Source: Candidatus Melainabacteria bacterium 17Bon1m
GTDB lineage: Bacteria > Cyanobacteriota > Vampirovibrionia > Obscuribacterales > Obscuribacteraceae
Reading direction: 5' to 3'
DNA length: 64,000 bases
NCBI GenBank assembly: GCA_032128875.1
Contig: JAVLKG010000005.1
Coordinates: 160,001 to 224,000 of the forward strand
A program made the translations under genes and the position numbers. Shown piece by piece: positions 57,991 through 64,000 of the stretch. Numbering within the stretch: position 1 is the stretch's first letter; each line of letters begins with the position of its first letter. Below the pieces are notes generated by a model that was not told where the DNA came from, searched no databases, and saw only the letters and a list, made by a program, of their open reading frames with translations.

Positions 57991-58828
57991 TTGAGGCTGT
58001 GAAACACATGGATATCCGGCAGGAAGTAGCCGTGCGTGTCATTCTTGAAGTGCGTTTAAGCGGAGCGTTGGGTGCTGTCTAATTTATTCCCACGAACAAA
58101 AAAAAATCGCCGATGGCGACCGAGCTGAGATCAACGTTTTTGAATACCCCAAATTATGGTTTTGCTTTAAATAACAACCCTGGGATTCAAAAGTGCTCCC
58201 AAGAAATAAAGTCGCAGAGCCCTGGGAGCTAATTGGTGACTGGCTTTCGCGGCTCTGCCATTATATATGGTGGCATGAAACATAATACAGTTTATTGGGC
58301 GCTGGGGGTTTTCGTGTGGCCAGTCCAGCTCTCGAAACTGTGGCCGGCAAGACTTCTTGGCGCTCCTACTTTTGTGCTTCTTGAAATCACCAAAAGGTGT
58401 GATCGCGCGAACTGCAATCAGGGACTGTCCGCAAACCAGCAACTGGATTGGCTGTGCGAGTGTGTATCTTAACTGGCAGTCATCAAAACAAGACTAGCGC
58501 TAGGATTTCGATTGCCTTAGATTCTTGCTTCTCTTGGCTCGCAAGGCTTTGCCTTGTTTGAGGGTCTGGCTGTAACGATTGTTTCCTGCATTACAGATAG
58601 TAACGAAAATTCCACCCAGCTTACATTTCGGGATTTCAGACCTTTCGGTTTGTTAGGTTCAAGGTCCACCTTTTTAACCGATAAGCAGAAGCGGAATCCC
58701 AGGCTCAGCCTAAATCCCAAGCACTGAAACAGACACGAAACCCAGCAGCAAGCGCTGTCTATGTTTCGTGTCGTCTGCTTTTGCCCGGTCGAATCGGTGC
58801 AACGAACAACTTCCCAAAAGGAAAAGAT

Positions 58829-59854
58829 ATGAACTTAAGAAAGACATTCCTCGCGCTTGGCGCGATGATTCTCGGCGTCGGCTTCCTCGGCGCATTCCCG
58901 CAACAGGCAAACGCGCAAGCAATTACTTGCACTGCTGTTCCCAAGTCGATCACTGACTGGCCATATGCAGGCTCCACAAATCCTGCCAGATACTGTGGTA
59001 CGGCAACTTCTGCCAATGGCGTAACCGTTGGCGATTCGCTGCATCAGCTCCCAAAAGGCTATCTCGAAAGCTCGTACACTCTCTTGAAGAATGTGGCACC
59101 TTTCTATGTTTTCAAGAACAAAGCGGAGTTCCAAACGTATTGGAATCAGCAGAACTCGAATCCTCCTCCTGGCGTAACAGTTCCGAATCCCGCTGATACA
59201 GCGCCTGGTTTCACGTTTTACACAGGCGCATTGGCACCTGTCTATACAGTCGTGTTTGTACAGGCCAAGACTTCTTCTGGGGCAACGGTCAACACGAACA
59301 TGAGAAACACCACCGTCCACGAGGCCGGGCACTGGCTCGACTATTTCCACCGAACAAAGTTTAGCGGTGCGGTATCAAAAGTTACTGAAGGCACGGCCTG
59401 GGCGAATAACCTTGCTGTTGACTGGAACAACTTCAACGGTAAACCTAATTGCGGAACAAATGGCGTGTTTCGTGGCAAAAAGAATCACATGGGAGCATTC
59501 ATTTGCTCTGGTCTAAATGGTGTCGGCGGTTCTCCGATTTACTCTGGCAACAACCAGGCTGTTCTGAATGCTGCCTGGCCAGGCTTTTTCAATCTGCCGA
59601 AGGAAATTTTCGCAGAAGAATTTGCGGCTGACAATAATGCTGCCGACGGCGGCGGCCAGATGGGTATCACTCAGTATCTTTCAGGTTTTACCTGCACAAA
59701 AACAATCGTCCATTCGTTGGGTGATTATGGTACCAAACCTGGTGTCGCGCCGACACACGACGCAGCAGGCAACCCGATTACTAACGGCCCAGTCGTCACT
59801 TGGATTCCTTCGACTCCCGGTGGGCAACAAGCATGTGTGGTCAACATAAACTGA
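58829..59854 (+). CDS. Secreted zinc metallopeptidase (anthrax-LF/PPEP-like signature)
   Basis: Signal peptide MNLRKTF..ANA; TTVHEAGHWLD and KEIFAEEF motifs; six Cys. Confidence 0.7.
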   Translation: MNLRKTFLALGAMILGVGFLGAFPQQANAQAITCTAVPKSITDWPYAGSTNPARYCGTATSANGVTVGDSLHQLPKGYLESSYTLLKNVAPFYVFKNKAEFQTYWNQQNSNPPPGVTVPNPADTAPGFTFYTGALAPVYTVVFVQAKTSSGATVNTNMRNTTVHEAGHWLDYFHRTKFSGAVSKVTEGTAWANNLAVDWNNFNGKPNCGTNGVFRGKKNHMGAFICSGLNGVGGSPIYSGNNQAVLNAAWPGFFNLPKEIFAEEFAADNNAADGGGQMGITQYLSGFTCTKTIVHSLGDYGTKPGVAPTHDAAGNPITNGPVVTWIPSTPGGQQACVVNIN

Positions 59855-59870
59855 TCACTGACTAGCTTCG

Positions 59871-59902
59871 GGGAAGACCTGCAATCGCAGGTCTTCCCTT
59901 TC
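59871..59902. terminator. Terminator hairpin between convergent genes
   Basis: GGGAAGACCTGC-AATC-GCAGGTCTTCCC-TTT. Confidence 0.8.
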
Positions 59903-60424
59903 CTACATCGCTGCTTTTGTAAGGGTAATTCTTTCGCCTAAGCCTGTCGAAATACTCAGTTTGTCTTTGTCAATGACCTTGTATGTCAATGTGATTTTTT
60001 CTTGATTGTCGTCGACGACTTGCAGGTCTACACTTTGTTCGGAATATTGAATGAGACTGACGTTGCTAGGCTGACCGCACATCATGAAAGAACTGTCAAA
60101 TGATCTAGATCTTCCGAAAGCACCGAACTTGCCTTCTTCCATTATCGTGACTTGCGTTTCAATTCGCCCATCTTTAGCACTTTTTCGAAGGCCAATCATC
60201 GAGCCATTGCTAACCGGAGTCCAGATTTCCTCGATTTTCGTATTGCCACTGGAACCTTCCCACCGTCCAACCAAAAAGGAAAGAACTTCTACGCTTGGGT
60301 GATTGACGTATCCTGGTGCTGTTTGAACTAAGGTTTGGTCTCTGTCCGTTTCTGAATTTTGCGCCAAAACAGGCGAAAACACAGAAAACGCGATCAACAG
60401 TAAACTTGGAACTTTGGTCTTCAT
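59903..60424 (-). CDS. Exported DUF6265-like beta-barrel protein
   Basis: Signal peptide; LSFLVGRWEG..IEEIWT..GSMIG.RK pattern. Confidence 0.65.
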   Translation of the reverse strand: MKTKVPSLLLIAFSVFSPVLAQNSETDRDQTLVQTAPGYVNHPSVEVLSFLVGRWEGSSGNTKIEEIWTPVSNGSMIGLRKSAKDGRIETQVTIMEEGKFGAFGRSRSFDSSFMMCGQPSNVSLIQYSEQSVDLQVVDDNQEKITLTYKVIDKDKLSISTGLGERITLTKAAM

Positions 60425-60602
60425 TAGTTTCACCGCCTGAAGTAAGTGACAGATAACGCACATCATAAGACGAGAAGCTCATATCATTCGATTTTTTTTG
60501 AACCCCTTAATAATAGACCGGTCTGTCTAATACATAAAGTCGGTTATCGGACTTGAGCGTCCAAATGGCGCGACCGCTTCATTGCGCCCGAATTGCTCGA
60601 AA

Positions 60603-61790
60603 TTAGCCTTCGGTGTCAGCAGGATGCGAGTGTTTCCGCAGTCCAAGCTCTTCCAGTGCGTCGTCCAGGCTGATTTGGTTCTCTCTAGCAAACTGAAGTG
60701 TCTTGATAGCATCCTCTAACGTGATCAAGTCGTGTTTCAAGAGATACTGGCAGCGCAATGACGAAATCAAAGTCGCCTCGTCGATGGCGCCCGAAATGAC
60801 GAGCATCTTCCCTATTAAGGAAGGATATTTGTTGCTTAGGTCGACTGCCTCCTGGATGTCTGCATCAGTGACGAATCCGGTCATCTTCAGCAATTCGCCA
60901 AGCAATGGAACATTCTGACCGCCATCCTTTGCCTCAGAGCCAAAGACAAATTTGTGCATCTCCTCCGTCGCATCTTTGAGCGTCCGCTCGCCGGAGGCAA
61001 TCTGGCTATAGACTTCCTGCGCCTGGTAGTAAACACGGCTGGAGATTAGCCCGAGATTGACGATTGCTTCACCCAGGGTCTGACCTTTCTCCATGCTGAT
61101 CTCGAGAGCATTGAGAATTTCACTCTCGGTGGCCAATCCACATAAGATAATGAATTCACCAAAGCGTACCTGCTTGTTGCCCGGCGCTGGTGCCATTGAA
61201 TAGGCTTCCAGTTTGATAGGCATGCTTGCTTGTTTCGATAGAGCGGTGTTGAGCATCATTACGCCCTGTTCTAGCGAGATTCGGCGCTCGCGAATCGAGT
61301 GTTGTATTTCCAGTGCTTTCGTAAGCATCTGGTGATTGATGAAGCCGTTGAGGAGAAGAACCCGACCGAATCTCATTCCCGAGGAGTAACTGACCTTTTT
61401 GGCTTGTTCTAATTGCTCTTGATTAATGACGCCTGCTTCGAGAAGTAAGGCGCCGATCGTTGCTTTCTCGGTTGAATTGAGAACGCCTATTTCCGACAAT
61501 GCCTGGGAAGGCGTGAGTTTTTTGGCTTTTAGAGCATTTACCGCGCCCTTGGCCTTATCTATAGAAACAGTTTGACTGGCTATAAGTGGCTGGAGTTCGA
61601 CCACGAGCTGAAGTTCTTCGTCCGTGAGGAAGCCCGTCAGCACCAGGGTCCGCCCGATTGGCAAGCCGAACTGTGGCGCCACTTTGAGCGCATCGGCGAG
61701 GTCTTCTTCCCCAATCAACTTCAGCCTGACGAGGAGATCGCCGAACTTCAAAGCTCTAGCAGGTGATCTGCTTTCTGTGCTCAAATCCAT
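60603..61790 (-). CDS. Stand-alone multi-MshEN (GSPII_N) repeat protein, putative c-di-GMP receptor
   Basis: Eight RLGxxLxxxGxIxxxxLxxAL-like motifs, e.g. RFGRVLLLNGFINHQMLTKALEIQ; no ATPase domain. Confidence 0.75.
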   Translation of the reverse strand: MDLSTESRSPARALKFGDLLVRLKLIGEEDLADALKVAPQFGLPIGRTLVLTGFLTDEELQLVVELQPLIASQTVSIDKAKGAVNALKAKKLTPSQALSEIGVLNSTEKATIGALLLEAGVINQEQLEQAKKVSYSSGMRFGRVLLLNGFINHQMLTKALEIQHSIRERRISLEQGVMMLNTALSKQASMPIKLEAYSMAPAPGNKQVRFGEFIILCGLATESEILNALEISMEKGQTLGEAIVNLGLISSRVYYQAQEVYSQIASGERTLKDATEEMHKFVFGSEAKDGGQNVPLLGELLKMTGFVTDADIQEAVDLSNKYPSLIGKMLVISGAIDEATLISSLRCQYLLKHDLITLEDAIKTLQFARENQISLDDALEELGLRKHSHPADTEG

Positions 61791-61894
61791 TCCTCGAGAA
61801 GGCGTTCCTAATATTAGACCAGTTCAACAAAAATAAACCCTCATGGATTCCTAACTTTCCATTTTGGGTAGTAATCCATGAGGGAGGAAAGATC

Positions 61895-64000
61895 ATGATT
61901 ACTAACAAAGTCTGGAAAGGAAAATCGGCGAGACTGCCTCTGGCAGTTGGTTTGGTGGTTTGTTTGACGGCGCCACAAGGTGCTTTGCTTTCCGCGGGCG
62001 CTGCAAATGTGGCTCCGAAGGCGGCGGCAGCAGCAAAAACGGCCAAGCCGGCGGGTGCCAAAGGGACGCTTCCGCTTCCGGCATCCCACAACCAGTCCGG
62101 CACACCCGCGAAAGTGCAGCAGGCGCTTTCTAATTTCAAAGGTGACAAGTGGGCGGTGGTGATTGGCGTTAGCCGCTTTTCGGACGGCAGCATTCCTCAA
62201 CTCAAGTACTCAGCCAAAGATGCGCAGGATTTCTACGATTACCTGACAGACCCTAATTACGGGCACTTCGCGAAGGATCACGTCAAGCTTCTCCTCAACG
62301 AAGACGCGAGCAAAGTCAATATTATGGATGTGATCGGCGACTCCTTCTTGCCGCACGGAGCCGCACCCGGAGACCTCGTCGTCATTTATCTTTCCACTCA
62401 CGGCTCTCCTGCCGGCGCTGATATCCGCGGCGTCAACTACGTCGTAGCCAGCGATTCGAGGGTCAACAAGCTATTTGCTACTGGCATCGAGATGCGCCAA
62501 TTGCTGCGTACGGTTAAGGAGCGCGTGCATACCAATCGCGTGGTGCTCGTTCTCGATACTTGCTACAGCGGCGCCGGTACCGAAGGCGCGCACAAAGGAA
62601 TTGCCCGCAGAAATGTCGATACCGAAGCGCTCGCCTCCGCCTCCGGTAGTGTTGTGATTTCTTCCAGCTCTGCGGACCAGCAGTCATGGGAAGCGGATGA
62701 GGTAAAAAACAGCTATTTCACTAAGTATTTGCTCGATTCGTTGCGCGATCCTGCGGTTGGAAACGACCTCGAGCGCGCGTTCAATAGTATGAAAGACCGG
62801 GTTCAGTCTGCGGTTTTGAAGGATAAAGGCGCCCTTCAGACCCCGGTCATCGGTGGAGCAGTGAATGCTCGCGGTTTGGCACTTGGTGCCATGCCCTCGG
62901 TGACTCGTGAAGCACCTGTCGTCGCCTATGCTTCTCCAGTGACCGGAAGCACCACCGGTATCAGTGATGGTTCGCGTGGCGGAATGGCCATTGATCTTTC
63001 CGATTATGGTCAGCGAATGCGCAATGCCTACAATTTTAGAAATTCGCACAAGAGCTGGGATGCAATCCACGAATTGCAAGCCGCGCAGAAGATCAATCCG
63101 AGTTCAATCGAAGCCTTCATGCAGGCTACCGACATTTTGGATGAACAGGGTCGCTACGCCGAAGCGCTCGAGTCCGCGAAAAAAGCTGTGCTCAATTCGG
63201 AGCATTCTTCTGAAGCGCACTTCCGCCTTGGTCGCGCCAACCTGCGCGTCGGCAACAAAGAAGAAGCATTGAGGCAAGTACGCCTGGCGCTTAGTTTGGA
63301 CCCAGGCAATGCAATGGCATACAACTGGCTGGGTTTTATAAACCAGAATGATCTTCAGCGTATCGATGAGGCCGAGCAAAATTATCGCAAGGCACTTGAG
63401 CTAGATCCTCTTAACGCGCGCGCCATGGTTAACCTCGGACTTCTCTTGCAGTCAGATCCAAAGAAAACCGATGAGGCCGAGAAGCTCTTTCGACGCGCAC
63501 TTGAAGCCGACTCTGAAGACTGGCAAGCACGCATGTCGCTCGGTTATCTGTTGTTTTACCTGAAGGGCAACAAGGTTGCAGGTGCTAAGGAATTGCGCAA
63601 AGCAATCGAGTTGGACCCTGCCAATTCGCGCTTGCACTCAGAGCTGGGAGAGATGCTTTCTGACAATCCTGATGAGCACAGTACCAGCGAAGCTGAGTTT
63701 CGCAAGGGCATTGAGCTTTCTCCGAAATCGGGACTTGCTCACTTCAAACTGGCAGAGTTTCTCGCCCTCAAAACCAATCGCGTGGAAGAAGCTGAGAAGG
63801 AGTATCGCGAAGCAATTCAGCTGGACGCCTCGCTTGATGCCGCGCGCGTTGGCTATGCGTATTTATTGATTGACCAAAAGCATATTTACGACAAGTCGTA
63901 CGATCAGCTCAAAGAGGCTATCAAGATCAACCAGAGGAATGCCAAAGCCTACCTCGGTCTTGGTCGAATTCAAATGGAGCTGTACAAAAACTATCCGGCG
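61895..64000 (+). CDS. Caspase-family (C14) peptidase with TPR repeats (runs off window end)
   Basis: Manual translation from ATG 61895 (GGGAGG RBS): KWAVVIGVSRF..LKYSAKDA..YLSTHGS..LDTCYSG (His-Cys dyad), then TPRs. Not in the ORF track. Confidence 0.9.
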   Translation, partial: MITNKVWKGKSARLPLAVGLVVCLTAPQGALLSAGAANVAPKAAAAAKTAKPAGAKGTLPLPASHNQSGTPAKVQQALSNFKGDKWAVVIGVSRFSDGSIPQLKYSAKDAQDFYDYLTDPNYGHFAKDHVKLLLNEDASKVNIMDVIGDSFLPHGAAPGDLVVIYLSTHGSPAGADIRGVNYVVASDSRVNKLFATGIEMRQLLRTVKERVHTNRVVLVLDTCYSGAGTEGAHKGIARRNVDTEALASASGSVVISSSSADQQSWEADEVKNSYFTKYLLDSLRDPAVGNDLERAFNSMKDRVQSAVLKDKGALQTPVIGGAVNARGLALGAMPSVTREAPVVAYASPVTGSTTGISDGSRGGMAIDLSDYGQRMRNAYNFRNSHKSWDAIHELQAAQKINPSSIEAFMQATDILDEQGRYAEALESAKKAVLNSEHSSEAHFRLGRANLRVGNKEEALRQVRLALSLDPGNAMAYNWLGFINQNDLQRIDEAEQNYRKALELDPLNARAMVNLGLLLQSDPKKTDEAEKLFRRALEADSEDWQARMSLGYLLFYLKGNKVAGAKELRKAIELDPANSRLHSELGEMLSDNPDEHSTSEAEFRKGIELSPKSGLAHFKLAEFLALKTNRVEEAEKEYREAIQLDASLDAARVGYAYLLIDQKHIYDKSYDQLKEAIKINQRNAKAYLGLGRIQMELYKNYPA

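Overview
Gene-dense bacterial chromosomal segment with about 50 CDS. No rRNA, tRNA, CRISPR array, integrase or transposase is recognisable. The gene repertoire (two Hanks-type Ser/Thr kinases, caspase-TPR, multi-MshEN protein, many TPR and orphan secreted proteins) suggests a non-photosynthetic cyanobacterial relative such as Melainabacteria/Obscuribacterales; this is inference. Recognisable genes: pssA (partial), DUF2339 membrane protein, AidB-like acyl-CoA dehydrogenase, two MocR/GabR regulators, PspA/IM30 protein, glycogen debranching enzyme, HD hydrolase, deoB-punA, patatin, DUF3343, Slt, cysteine desulfurase, PAS histidine kinase. The most striking observation is in the deoB operon. The PNP gene keeps all catalytic motifs but lacks the conserved inter-subunit loop, and the adjacent catalytically dead 169-aa PNP paralogue retains exactly that loop, which suggests a complementary heteromeric purine nucleoside phosphorylase. 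Other highlights: a membrane-anchored PspA paired with a TPM-like coiled-coil protein; a MerR-HTH protein with a roughly 400-aa Pro-rich linker, followed by a 6S-like rod RNA; a duplicated 54-nt covarying hairpin flanking a thioredoxin gene; a stand-alone M17 N-terminal domain; a three-member EF-hand family; and a gene broken by TAG just after its signal peptide.
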